A DNA stretch of 50,310 nucleotides, the filler included, from Trypethelium eluteriae (taxonomy: Eukaryota), in assembly GCA_051942245.1 (NCBI GenBank). It is 2 parts of 2 records of this genome, joined end to end, with 100 filler letters (N's around TTAATTAATTAA, not from the genome) between each part and the next. Parts side by side here need not be neighbours in the genome. Positions count along the whole stretch, not along the records: positions 1 to 25,110 come from JAVECL010000382.1; 1 more part is not named here. One strand, written 5' to 3'. The position numbers and the translations under genes were made by a program. A model generated the notes under the pieces. It had not been told where the DNA came from and made no database searches. It saw only the letters and a list, made by a program, of their open reading frames with translations. The first letter of the stretch is position 1. Each line of letters starts with the position of its first letter. This document shows, in pieces, positions 1 through 11,554 of this stretch.

Positions 1-347
1 TGACGGTGACGACAGTCGAGGATATTGCGAAGGTGGTGGCGGAGTTGGTGTATGTGGCGCTGGAGGAGAGGGATAAGGTGGTGTTTGTCGCGGGGGAGAC
101 GGTGACGTATGGGGAGTTGGCGGATGTGGTGGAGGAGGCGATGGGAAAGAAGGTGCAGAGACGAGAGTGGACCTTGAAGTATTTGAAGGGTGAATTGGCG
201 AAGGATCCGGGTGATGAGATGAAGAAGTATCGAATTGTATTTGGAGAAGGGGTCGGGGTTGCATGGGACAAGGAGACAACTTTTAACGCAGAGAGGGGAA
301 TTGAGACGACAGGGATAAGAGAGTATGCTAAGAAAGTCTTAGTATGA
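1..347 (+). CDS. NmrA-like / isoflavone reductase-family protein, 3' part only (5' end outside window)
   Basis: Open frame from the window edge: TTVEDIAKVVAE...AGETVTYGELADVVE...KYRIVFGEGVGVAW, typical of the C-terminus of IFR/NmrA-like atypical SDRs; stop TGA ends at 347. Confidence 0.75.
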   Translation, partial: TVTTVEDIAKVVAELVYVALEERDKVVFVAGETVTYGELADVVEEAMGKKVQRREWTLKYLKGELAKDPGDEMKKYRIVFGEGVGVAWDKETTFNAERGIETTGIREYAKKVLV

Positions 348-522
348 GATACATACCACCGGCGAAGTCCCGAGTAATTGCGACTTTTATGCTACATACA
401 ATGAACATGCTAGTGTAGTCTCGCAGTATGCCAAACTTTTCTTAGATTACATCCCAAGCCCCTTTCAGACTGACAATTACATATTGCTCCGGCGAACGCC
501 CCGCTCAATCTACGGAGCCCGC

Positions 523-1494
523 TCATCCCGTACTCATCCTCGCCCTCTTCCTCCCCGGCCCGCTCCCGCCTCCTGTCGCCGCCCCTTCCGCCCTTGCCTT
601 GCGCTTCTCCTGCTCATCCAACACCAGACTCAGCACATCGAAGCCAAACTGCGGGTACTCGAGACACATCCTGCGGAACTCCTCTTCCGCCTCATGCCGC
701 AGCACATAGCTCCGGTTTGCCCAGAACGCCGCGACCGGTTTCCGGATTGTCGCATCCGCCATGTCCGTCTCCTTATAGACGTATCTTGCATACGCGATCT
801 CGCCCTTCGCGGTGCTCTCCGTCCGGTGGATCTTGGCGTGGGCCAGGGACCGGAGGCTGGGGAGACCGAAGCGAGAGGCGAGGGTGTAGACACGGGCGTG
901 GCGGAGGATGGCGTTGCCAGTGGAGTCTGGGATGTCGAATTGGGGGTCTGGTTCAAGCGTCGACGTCGCGGAGTTCGCAGGCCCGATTAGTCTCGGAAAG
1001 TATTCATGCGTGTAGAGATATTCGAGGAAGCAGCCCATAGCGTCGAGGTCTTCGCTCGGTAGGTCGATCACCCGCCGGCCAGCGCTATCGGAGAATTTGG
1101 AGCATGCTTCGCGGAAGTAGGGAGAATGTGTGAGAAGGCCTTGGTGGGCGGTGAGTGTAGTGGCGTCGTCGCCTTGGCCAATGGTCAATTCGACGATGGG
1201 GGATTTGAGGTAGCTGCCGGGACAGGATTATAAGCCAGAATCTTGTGAGCGTGGGATCGGACGGGGTTCGGCGCGCGGAATATGATTGAGAATCCGCGCG
1301 AATAGAGTGAAGTAGTCAGGCTACATCAGTGTGCATACGTACGCTAGGAAGGTTTTTTGAGGCTGCGACTCTGCCTCAATGTCTTGTAAGCCACTTTCGT
1401 CCACACCAGTTGCAGCAATCTCGGTGTCCCCCATCTCTACATCGCCGACGGGGCCGCCGTCTTCAGCGTCTATTTGAACCTCTGCATCCGCCAT
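523..1494 (-). CDS. BTB/POZ-domain protein (2 exons: 1494-1343, 1213-523)
   Basis: ATG at 1494 gives an acidic N-terminus (MADAEVQIDAEDGG...). A GTACGT..CAG intron (1342-1214) joins it in frame to YLKSPIVELTIG...AHQGLL..SPYF...IDLPSEDLDAMGCFLEYLYT (BTB core). Basic C-terminal NLS-like RKRAR. Confidence 0.85.
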
Positions 1495-3693
1495 TGCCGT
1501 CTCGGTGCTTGAATATGTATTGCAAGAGCAGCAAGCCTCAGGACATGCATGGAGGCTCTCAGGTCACAATTGGACTCGGGAGCGAACGAAAGGAGCGCTA
1601 ATGTCTGATGACTTGAGATAAGCGGAGAGGAGGGAGGATAGAGCTTCTTAGCGAGCGAGCAGTGAGGAATTGAAGAATTGGAGCTTCGAGGAACTGAGGC
1701 GCATTAGAGATGGCTGGCCGAACAAAAGCTGGGAGGCTGATAGGGCTGGAAGCTCAAGTCCCTAGTACGCTGGGTTACGTGGACCCGCCCGTCGCATCTT
1801 TGCACTATTGCGGGTACCTGCATAATCCACTTTATGCCATGTATCGTGAGATCAAATGCCTTGAAGATTTAGGAGTAACCCTAAGTTCATCCAGGAACCG
1901 CTTTCCAAAGCATCAGAATGCAGTGTTAGTCAGCTACATATCTTCGCATCGATGTGCATGGTCTGATATTGACCGGGCAGGGGGCAACGTATCTTTCTGC
2001 TCCATTATCGCATAGTAAGGAAGAAGATTAACGGAGAGGCCGAACAACGCGGCACTCAAGACCTTAATTTCGCGATAGAGAGATCATCTGTATGAAGATC
2101 GAAGTGTTGCAATGGTCATCCTGGGATCATTCGGAAGTCATCTAGTGGACGGTCTTGGGATCCACTTCACATTGAAACACCATTTACCTAACTTGGCAGA
2201 ACGTGCATGATAGAGATAACTAATGACCGTGGAAATTCACGGGATACAGATGTGCAGGGAAGATGTCCTTGGAGGGTTGGACCATGCTGGCGGAAGAACC
2301 GGATAACTCGGCTTTCAAGGCACCAGTTTGGCAACCCAAAAAGAATAGGTGAACCAATGTTTTCGCCAAGAAGGTGCCGCTGCTGCGTCCAAGAGGGCGG
2401 GATGGACTCGGCGGAGGAGGTGTGAGCTTGGCAACGGAACCCAGAGTTTGACAGCAGAGGGAACCTTGGCATTGAACTGAACAATCGAATCAGTCACTCG
2501 CTCGCTAATAGTACCTTTAGTGTCCGAGCTTGGCAGGAACTTGGAAGACTGATGAATTCCTATCCTTATCGAGGATTGGGCCACTCATCGGGGTACCGTA
2601 GGTGCAACAGGGAAAACCATGTCGAACGGGTACATAAATCAGTTTGGGTTGATCCTATAGCCTTGGAATACTGTCTAGGTGCTCTCGATAGGCTTGGCTT
2701 ATCGCCTACTCTAAGATCTCCCGTTATTTGGACGGTATTCGAAATTCCTAGGGCTTAGGTAAAAAATTACACCTCAACCGAGCTCCTTCGTTAGCTGCTT
2801 GAGTAGCAAGGTGCCATCGTGAGGATCATAGAGACATTCAAACCCAAATTTTCAATTGGCCGGGAATGTGGAACATGACCAAAGGTTGTTGATCTGTCCA
2901 CCAGCTTCCCTGGTCCGCCATACGGTGTGCCAAGTAATGAATAGGATACCCAAGTAGCCACGACAGCACATTCTACTTCACGGCTGATGGAATCTGATGG
3001 GGGCCGGACTTCGGTGCCTAAGCGACAAAATTGAGACCAGTGGGTCGGCCTCTCAATAATGGTCCTAAAGACATGTTGCCCACTCAGGCAAGTGGTGAAA
3101 CAAGCGGAGTGGCAGCCCATGGCAAAATTTTTACAGCTATCGAAGCAAAATGTTGACGTCGCTGTTGCCATTACTTTGCATTCGTCAAGATGCAATAGAT
3201 AGTCTACGGTCCTGTGATATACAAGGATAGACCTATTTGCCAGATTAAGGCATCGTAGATTGAGATTCGTAGATGATGATATCTAATCCTGACACTATAC
3301 TGCCCGAGTACGTTTTCCTGCTGTTCATATGTCCTACTGATGGACCGGTCCACCAGAGCATTAGATGACACGAAATCCCAAGAAATGGCTAAAAAGGGAC
3401 TTTTTACTGCCACCGGTGTGAAACACCTTATTGGTGACATAGAGCCTGTGAGGCAATCCGTCTCCCAACGCCAAAAGGACACAAGCTATGTAGTGGCCGT
3501 GATGCGTGCATCATTGTGATAGAGAGAGAAGGAAATTCGTAAATTAAGATGGGCAATTAGGGCATAGGACCACCGGGGTACTGGAAGGGGGAGCACTGCT
3601 CAGAAGGCGCAGTCGGAAAACGAGGCGTACATGATAACCAAACAGAAAGTGAGAGACAGTGTAGTTAAGGGAGGACCGTATCGGCGTCGATGG

Positions 3694-5325
3694 TCAGTAA
3701 GACGAGCCTCGACGTGGTCTACGCGTCGAGGATTTTGAGGTACGTGAGTCTGATCCAGAGACTGATGGGCGGTTGGTACGAGCTTGCAAGTTGTTATGTA
3801 GATTTGTGCGAGGAGTCAAAGGTGGTCTGGAAACTTGCACATCTGGAAGCGCTGGAGAGGTCGGACTAATGCCACGCAGTTGCTGTTCAACGTCGTAATT
3901 GGGATTGGCGGTATGGACATTTGGTAGTTGATATTGATCTCCGGTTGATTGACGTCTTCGCTCTTCCGCACTGCAGTCATCCACTTGCTTATTCAACTGA
4001 TCTTCCGAGAGGTCCGGGAAGTGCAATTGTAGGTGGCGCTTGAAATGGTCCCTACGGGGAAATCCTTTTTCATAGTAGAGGCAGTCCAATCTTGGACACA
4101 GATAAGTAGCACTTCGCTCTTTCCTATGCTTGTGCATGTGCCGTATAAGGTCCTTTTTGTAGTGGAAACGTTGGCCGCAGTTCTCGATCTCGCAAACTAT
4201 CTTTCTCTCTTTGTGCTTCCGGAGATGACTCCTGGAGCAAGGGTCAGCAAAGGACAGGAAGATAAGTGAACTATGACGGGCGAAAGGCAAAACCACATAC
4301 TTAAGTGCCTTTTTGTCAGCACAGACCTTGGAGCAATGCTCGCAGCACACTTGGTTATCGGTAGTAGAGGTGCCATTCGCGTCGTGATCGACCGCGGATG
4401 CGGGCTTCACATGGGATCTGGAGGGTGACAATCCAGGCTTGTATTCTTCGATGTCCGAAAGATAATGATCCATTGGATTCCAATTGTCAGAGGGTCTGTT
4501 GGAGTCTTGCGAAAGTGGAGGAGCCAACCGTAGATCGTTGGTGCCTTGTGGGTCCGGCTCAGATATTTGATGGCTTGGGCGGACGTGTCGTTCACTGCGC
4601 TGCTGTGTAATTGCTGGCGTTACCGACACACGAGGGACATTTGATGGAGGACCTGCATAAGTACTAAAGGTAGGATTGGCGCGCGAAGGATGCAGAGGCA
4701 GTCTGTGTATGTCCATATTTTGAGCTAATGGTTGATTGGCTTGGCGAGACGGATTTTGCTGTTGCCGAATGTTGTTTTGCACATAGTTGAGGTTTGGAGC
4801 TTGTCGCATCAAAACATCATCATGTAGCATGTCACCAGTAGAGCGTAAATCATGTCGTGGAGGCTGAAGATGATTGGGAAAGGAAGCAGAAGCCGTTATG
4901 TCGTCCGAGTATGGTTGAGTGCTGTCGCAGGTGTTGGAGGGCTGCTGCCACAAGAACGGCAAGTCGCTGGCATTTTGTAGCGACCACGGGCCGGAAATCG
5001 GTGAAACGAGGTTTGGATTCATAGTTGTGAGCGGCTGGGGGTCGATATGGAAGGCATCTTGTCTAGGACGATCGCTATGGGCTGCCGGAGCGACGCCGCC
5101 GAAGTTGGGAAGGCCATGCTGCTGCTCTGGAATAGCTCGTTGAGAAAGAGATGGTTGATAGAACTGTGCAACACGTCAGCGCGACCATTGCACACACAGG
5201 AGGAGCTTCGCACTCACTTGTTGCCGTGAGCAACAATGTTCGATGCCCAGTACATAGTTTCCGCAGGCCACGCAAACCCGCGTCATCATGCTATTGTGTG
5301 GATAGTTGTGTGAGGTAAAAGACAT
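3694..5325 (-). CDS. C2H2 zinc-finger transcription factor (3 fingers; exons 5325-5218, 5163-4301, 4231-3694)
   Basis: Fingers CEHCSK...HLRKH, CEIENCGQRF...HMHKH and CPRLDC...HLQLH, with a Q/P/S-rich N-terminus. Introns GTGAGT..GCTGAC..CACAG (5217-5164) and GTATGT..GCTGAC..CCAG (4300-4232). Upstream exon joins in frame; the start codon is less certain. Confidence 0.82.
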
Positions 5326-6175
5326 GACGGAGACATTAGCAGAATTGGCGGGAATAGGCACGAGAAATAGTAATAGGAAGGTGTTGAACAGCAATGGAAG
5401 AACACAAAGTGCATAGCCAGCTTATTGCTCTCCAGCGTGCTCTAATGAGGGCGGGCACTGCAACAACCCCACAGCACGTGGAAAGAGCTGGGGGAAAGAG
5501 GAGGGTCGATGAGGTGCATAATACGAAGAGATGAAGGCATGTTTTGGGTGGCGACGGAGCAGTTGTAAGATCTCGCGGGACCCAAATGTGTGCGGCCCCT
5601 TTGACCCAATATCAGAGATGACTGAGCGTGGAAAAGGTTGTTGCAGAAAGACTTGGGATGGTCAAAGACAGCCCTCACGGACAGAAACAGAGCAGGGTCT
5701 ACAAAACCAAGCCGGACGGGCAGCGATCGTCGGCCCCAGCACGGATCAATACACTAACTGCTCTCCCCGACGTATCCGTGCACGATTCGCGCTCGGTCGG
5801 CGCGAGTCAAGGGTGCAAGCGTGCTCCAAGGATACCCATGCAGAGTTGCAGACCGAAGCAGGCGAAAAGCGCCCTCAGACCGGCAAAGCACCAAAGGTTG
5901 GGCCTCAATACGTGTATCTCTTCGTTGGCAGGCGGGCGGAAGCCGCGTGCCTAATCTACCAATCGAGTGCTCCGTTCGAGGAAGAACGGCGCGCCCGTGC
6001 CTGCCTCTCACCTCACCAACCTGCCCTAACATAATCATGCTATAAGACACTGCAGTGTGAATGAAGGAATGCATGAGCAGGAAATGGGTGCGAGTACGAC
6101 AGACAGGAAGCTGTTCCATCGTCTCTTGGTTCTGAGAGCTGAGCGAACCCAAGAGTTTGATTGGCGGCGTGCCTA

Positions 6176-6206
6176 GACGAGCGTGACGAGCGTGACGAGC
6201 GTGACG
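6176..6206 (+). repeat. 9-bp tandem repeat (GACGAGCGT)x3+ in the upstream region of the C2H2 gene
   Basis: gacgagcgt gacgagcgt gacgagcgt gacg read directly. Confidence 0.9.
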
Positions 6207-8951
6207 GGGAAGCTGGCACTGCTGGGGACGAGAGCCGCAGGAGGGCAGCAAAGGATTCATCTAGTTTGTCAGCTGTTACTACTTTCTACCTTCGATCCAT
6301 GGCTGCTGTGCTAATCTGGCAGACGTTCGTCCACCTCCAAAGGGCCGCAGGATGGAAGGCGATTATTCGTCCGCTTGAACTGTCTGAGCCGCGTCCGTTC
6401 GGAGGACGGTGATGAGAGACGAGGGTCCCCGCGAACTGGGGCGTGGGATGAGATGGGATGGGCTGGCCCTGGCAGCGCGGCACCGCTTCTGGCGTGGCCG
6501 CCAGTAACACAAAGATACCCAGCGTGGCAGGCGTGGTGCGTGGGTAAATGGAAACACTGGATGACAGCGACGGGGTGGGCACTCACGCACTGGGAGCAAC
6601 ACTGGGGGTTGCGGGAGTGCTCGAGGGTGCAACCGAGGTCCAGACCATCGAACTCACAGTCGCGCAGCAGCATTGTTTTTTTTCTCGGTCTTCCCAGACA
6701 AGCGGAACTAACTGAAGGAAACCTTTGTCGCCAGCCAGCCCGGCCTCTGGTCTGGCGTAACGCACAGCTGTGAGGTGAGCCGGCGATTCCCTGGACGATG
6801 CATCATGTCGCCGTCCCAAAATCCACCGATTGCGAGCACACGCGAGCGTGCGAGTGTCCCAGCACCGAGGCGAGCTGACGGCACAGCAAGACTGCCATTC
6901 CACGCTGCCCAGTGCCCACCCTCTCCAAAATCAAATGCAGCTACTCCGTATCTAGCGAGGTGCGAGGGTGAGGAGCCACCTGGGAGAGCCTTACGGGGAG
7001 CCTTACTGCCTCACCCGTGACGTGCTTCCGGTCGAGCGTTGCTCCCATCTGCACCTTCGTTGTACAGAAACGCTCCTGGCGGTTCTGGATTCAATAGAGA
7101 ACCGCCGTGACTCGTAGCTGACTATGCCTTCAATACCTTACCTTACCTAGATGTCTTACGACATCATGACGCGCGGAACGTGGTGAGTCGGAGATTGCGT
7201 CCCAGACTGATCGGCCTCTTGGAGTGTAATCGCCAAGTCTGCCTGCGCCACACAAGCTGTGGCGGTGCCCAGCAAAATATTAGCACCCACCATGGCAGTC
7301 ACGCCACCCCTACCCAACTGCACCATTCGATCAACTAAATTCTAGGACGCATGCTTCCACTCATGTCTCACCTTAGCTCGACCTATCATCGAGGTGCCGA
7401 CAAAGACAGGAGCTGCAGAAGGGCGGCTCCTCGTCGAACCAAGTGCTGCTGCCAATCACGGAAGCCGGAGAAGTAGCATCGCACCGCTCTGAGAGTTAAT
7501 TACGGCAGCACCGTATTATCTGCTTTCGTCCTCCGGATATTCTTCCCTTCTAGAGCAGATCGCCGTTTGACTTAGCACCCTAAATTTAAATCGGTAAAAA
7601 CTACTCAAAACTCAAATTTACACCCACACAGTGCAAGCTTTGTTCAGAGTATCGGTACTATCTTTAAAATAAGATCTCCATGTCAGATCGGGACGACAAC
7701 GGCCGGACTTTGTTTTGTAAAAGTCTGAACAGGACCGTGCTGAGTTTGACCGAATTTTGTCCAAAATCCCTGTCCTTAACAATTTTCGAAACTCTCGGTT
7801 AATTTCTCTCCAATCGCTTCCATGACTGCCTGGCCCAAGCTATTTTCATGCCAAAAGTACCTTATTTTGGGTTTGTTATTTTTTTTCCCCCAAGGCATGC
7901 GGCTAGTAAAGAAGCTGTGGTCAAGGATGGGGCTTAAACGGTGAAACTGTTGGGGAGACCAATGAATTGGGTCGTGTTGCCTTCTCCGCGCGCTGTAGTA
8001 CTAGCTGTTGGTCAACAGTCTCAGGAGCATGCACAGTCGTCGCAGTTCAAAGAGTTAAAGATCAGCCAGAGTGGCTAGACAAAGCAAGTTTGCCGATCGT
8101 GCCAGGTAGCTCTGTAGCGATAGCATTCATCAGGTGTTATTCGTCCACTCCACGTCATCGGTATTTCCATAGAAACAAGGTACGTTTAGATACTACGATA
8201 ATGTTCAGTGATTCTCATCGACCGCATTCTTCCTCACCCAGTTTCTTCCTGTCTTCCAAGGCCTCGACAAATTAACATGAACCACACAATGATAAACTAG
8301 CCGGATGCTGGCGTCATTCATTGGCGTAAGGATCTTCCAAGTGCTACCACAATCGCTAATAGTCTCCGCTATGTCACTTGGTTCCAAACGGTCGAGTTTG
8401 AAGCAGTCCAAGGCTGCAATGCACCCCATCAGCCATTGTGAGCTCCTGACAACTAGATCCTGCTACTTTGGGGTTTGCATTTTTGAAAGGTGCGTAGACC
8501 TTCAAGCACCTCGCCGATTCACCGCCCACCGCGTTCCGTGTACCGTGTTTTCGTAATTACAACCGAAGGCTACCGAGTGTATATCTTCCATAGAAAAGTA
8601 TGGAAAACTGCATAGTCTGCGCTTGGCCATGTCACATCCTAGAGCTATGTGTTGTGATTTTGGAGGATAGAAGTACAAGAAGGTCGGTGATGTGATTGCC
8701 AACGACGCAACTTGGAGCGCGCAAGCTCACAAGTATGGAAGACACCGTCACCACGATGCGGTCCTTAGCCATTAGACATAAATATCGGGTCTCGCAATTG
8801 AGGTCTGACTTGGAGCGATCTTGAGTCATACGTTTACTGCAAGCCAAAAAGTTCACGGCATTTTGCCAGTCCAATTCGACAAAGCTTTGAATTCTCATAT
8901 CCAAGGCGTCGATATTTCTCAGAATCTCATTTGTATTCATTCTCTATCACC

Positions 8952-10415
8952 ATGGGCGGAAGAAACGGTATCCAGACTAACCCAGAAGCCATGATTGCCA
9001 AGATGCGTGAACGGTGGAACCATCACCCCCGGGAAGTAATCCCCGAGAGTGCTCGCCCGAAGAAACTTACCCATCATCAAATCGAAGAGCTCTATTTTTT
9101 GTCCTCGACCGGCATCAGCTTCACGGCTGCACAGCATGCGATTCAACGTCAGCAAGCCGAGCATATGGCAGCCACTCCTAAGGCCCAAAATATCATCTCG
9201 GGTCAGACGATTCGAAAGGCTCGCCAGGGCTATACGCAAGACCAGCAAGCCGAGCGTTGGACTACCAATGCTAGGACTTCTCTAGGACTTACCGGTGAGA
9301 ACGTCCAAGAGGACTACCAACCACCAACATCAAATGAAGGCCGCAAAGAACGAGAATGGGCGATTGTGCCCGCTGCTTCAATCAAGAGAGCAGCCTTCAA
9401 GTCGACCGTCAAAAGAAACAGGACCAAGCGTGTGAGCACCTCGGTCAAGAGCCGATGGAGCGCCTTTCAGCCGTACCAAGAATCCACGGACCATTTCGAG
9501 AATCTCGTCGAGATAAAACAATCGGAAGGCAAGGGACGCGGCTGGTTCGCGGCACAAGACATTCCCCAAGGCACACAGATCGTCGCCGAGCGGTCTCTCC
9601 TCACCGTGAAGTACCCTGATGACGGGACCGCCAGGATCGCCATCCACAAACAATACCGCAGACTCGAAGCCTCCCAGATGGCCATCTACGACAGCCTCTC
9701 CAGCGCCCCATCCGGGGATCACGTCGTCGCCATCTTCCATGCCAATTCCTTCGCCTGGGACCACCACGACTCACACTCGGTCTCCAGCGCTGGCGTCCGC
9801 TACGCCGGCGTCTTCCCCCGCGCTTCCCTCCTCAACCACGACTGCCACCCGAACGCGCTCTTCGACGTCGACGCTGCGAGCCGCATCGGCCAGTGCCGAG
9901 CCATGGTCAACATCCCCGCCGGCACCGAAATCACCATCCGCTACTGCGACGACGAGTGCTGGGCGAGCGGGCCAAGGCGACGGCTGGAGCTGAGAAAGGG
10001 CTGGGAGTTTGAGTGCCGCTGCGAGACGTGTCGCAGTCCGGAGCGGGAGGAGGTGCGCACGCAGCTGAGGGCGTTGGTGAGGCTGCTGGTGCCACCGCGG
10101 ACGATGTCTTCGCATGTCACTCCGGAGTTGCGGATTGATGACCCGGATTTCGAAGAGGTGGACCGGGAAGAGACGTTGAGGACGGCGTTGACGTACGTGC
10201 AGGTGATGAGTGGGGAGGGGATTACGGGGACGCGGATGGCGAGGGCTTATAATATTGCGGCGAGGTTTTTGGAGCGGGCGGGACGATTGGAAGAGGCGTT
10301 GGAGCATTTGAGGGCCGCGCAAAGGATCAATGCGAACTGCTTTGGTCGTGACGGTCCGCATTACTGGGACCAGAGGGTCAAGATTGAGGAACTGGAGGCC
10401 AATCTTCCTAACTGA
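8952..10415 (+). CDS. SET-domain protein lysine methyltransferase (SMYD/Set5-like) with post-SET Cys cluster and C-terminal TPR-like helices
   Basis: Motifs GKGRGWFA, IFHANSF, RASLLNHDCHPN, GTEITIRY and post-SET FECRCETC; TPR-like tail AYNIAARFLERAGRLEEALEHL. Single ORF with first ATG at 8952. Confidence 0.88.
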   Translation: MGGRNGIQTNPEAMIAKMRERWNHHPREVIPESARPKKLTHHQIEELYFLSSTGISFTAAQHAIQRQQAEHMAATPKAQNIISGQTIRKARQGYTQDQQAERWTTNARTSLGLTGENVQEDYQPPTSNEGRKEREWAIVPAASIKRAAFKSTVKRNRTKRVSTSVKSRWSAFQPYQESTDHFENLVEIKQSEGKGRGWFAAQDIPQGTQIVAERSLLTVKYPDDGTARIAIHKQYRRLEASQMAIYDSLSSAPSGDHVVAIFHANSFAWDHHDSHSVSSAGVRYAGVFPRASLLNHDCHPNALFDVDAASRIGQCRAMVNIPAGTEITIRYCDDECWASGPRRRLELRKGWEFECRCETCRSPEREEVRTQLRALVRLLVPPRTMSSHVTPELRIDDPDFEEVDREETLRTALTYVQVMSGEGITGTRMARAYNIAARFLERAGRLEEALEHLRAAQRINANCFGRDGPHYWDQRVKIEELEANLPN

Positions 10416-10920
10416 AGGAGTGGATAGCTCACAATCGAAGACCTATCAGGCCATATCATGGACTGTCCGTCACATGGTATGTACGACTGGAATGTGGAAT
10501 CTCGTAAAGACTGTAATCATAGGGTAAAACGTAAGGTATCTTGAAGAGGTTCCAAAAGTCAGCGAACCCTCAGATAATTATTCAGAACCTAACCTTTTTT
10601 GCACTAAATTGTATCAATGGCGAAGAAATAAAGCACCAGAGTAAGTCCTTGAGTCCTTGTAAGGGTCGAAGTCTTAATATCCTAAACTCTAAACTCCTAC
10701 CCAATACCGTTGATATTTCCTATCCTTCATTGTGCTGCTGCTATGATTGACCGCACGAGCTTTTTGATCCTCTTCCACTTCAAAACTATTTGGGAAAGTG
10801 TTAGCTCTGATGACGATGCTTAAGGTAAGCGGTGATTTTTCACCGTAATGCAGACAGCCGCCGAGCTACAGATACTCTAAAAGATCCGGAAGTCGGTTGA
10901 GAACCCGCGCAGCTAAGCAA

Positions 10921-11003
10921 ACCTGAGCTGTGGCGGAGTGACCATACGCCACACCTGAGCTACACCTGAGCTACACATGAGCTGACCTGAGCTAACTTGA
11001 GTT
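10921..11003 (+). repeat. Degenerate 10-11-bp tandem repeat, unit ~ACACCTGAGCT
   Basis: ACCTGAGCT at 10921, then ACACCTGAGCT x2, ACACATGAGCT, GACCTGAGCT and AACTTGAGTT (10951-11003). Confidence 0.85.
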
Positions 11004-11554
11004 CCGCCTAAGGACGCCGGTGCCCACCTGGGTCTGAGTACACGTCTACAGCATCCTTTTATGGAGCCTACTAAGCCTATCTAAGAGATTTACACAAGGA
11101 CCTTGGCAAATCAAAGGCGAAGGAATTACTCCTTAATCCTCCGCATTTCCTTCTTAAGTAGCGATCTCATCATTTAGACGAAAGAACGCTGATGAAAGTC
11201 GTAGACATCGGATGCAAGGAGATGTTGTGCGTGTCGTACTCCAGCGTACGATAATCTAGCACTGTACTCTGCAATCCTGACCTATATTTTCCCCTGCTAG
11301 AGGTATACCAATATTACTAGGCACGGACCTTTCTATATACCGCGTCAACAATCCACCAAAACTAAAGCATGTCAGCAAGCAGTCTCATAATCCCTGCTAG
11401 CCACGTGGCGAGATTCATATGAGCAGGCTCCGAGAAGGCCCAGCTAGCAACCACTTGCGCCGCAGCGTTGCATTTCGAAACTCGCTCAAGATTGACCTAT
11501 CCTTGTCTGTGCTCATGTCAACTCTTCGCCTCCATACGTGATCCGGGATCAGAT

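Noticed and set aside
5442..7020. Many overlapping short ORFs upstream of the C2H2 gene
   Set aside because: GC-rich regulatory/UTR-like DNA with no domain, codon bias or splice model.
7078..7106. 9-bp inverted repeat GGCGGTTCT..AGAACCGCC as a terminator or ncRNA
   Set aside because: Too short to be significant, and intrinsic terminators do not apply to fungal Pol II genes.
10921..11003. CRISPR-like array
   Set aside because: Units are 10-11 bp and abut without unique spacers; eukaryotic context, no cas genes.
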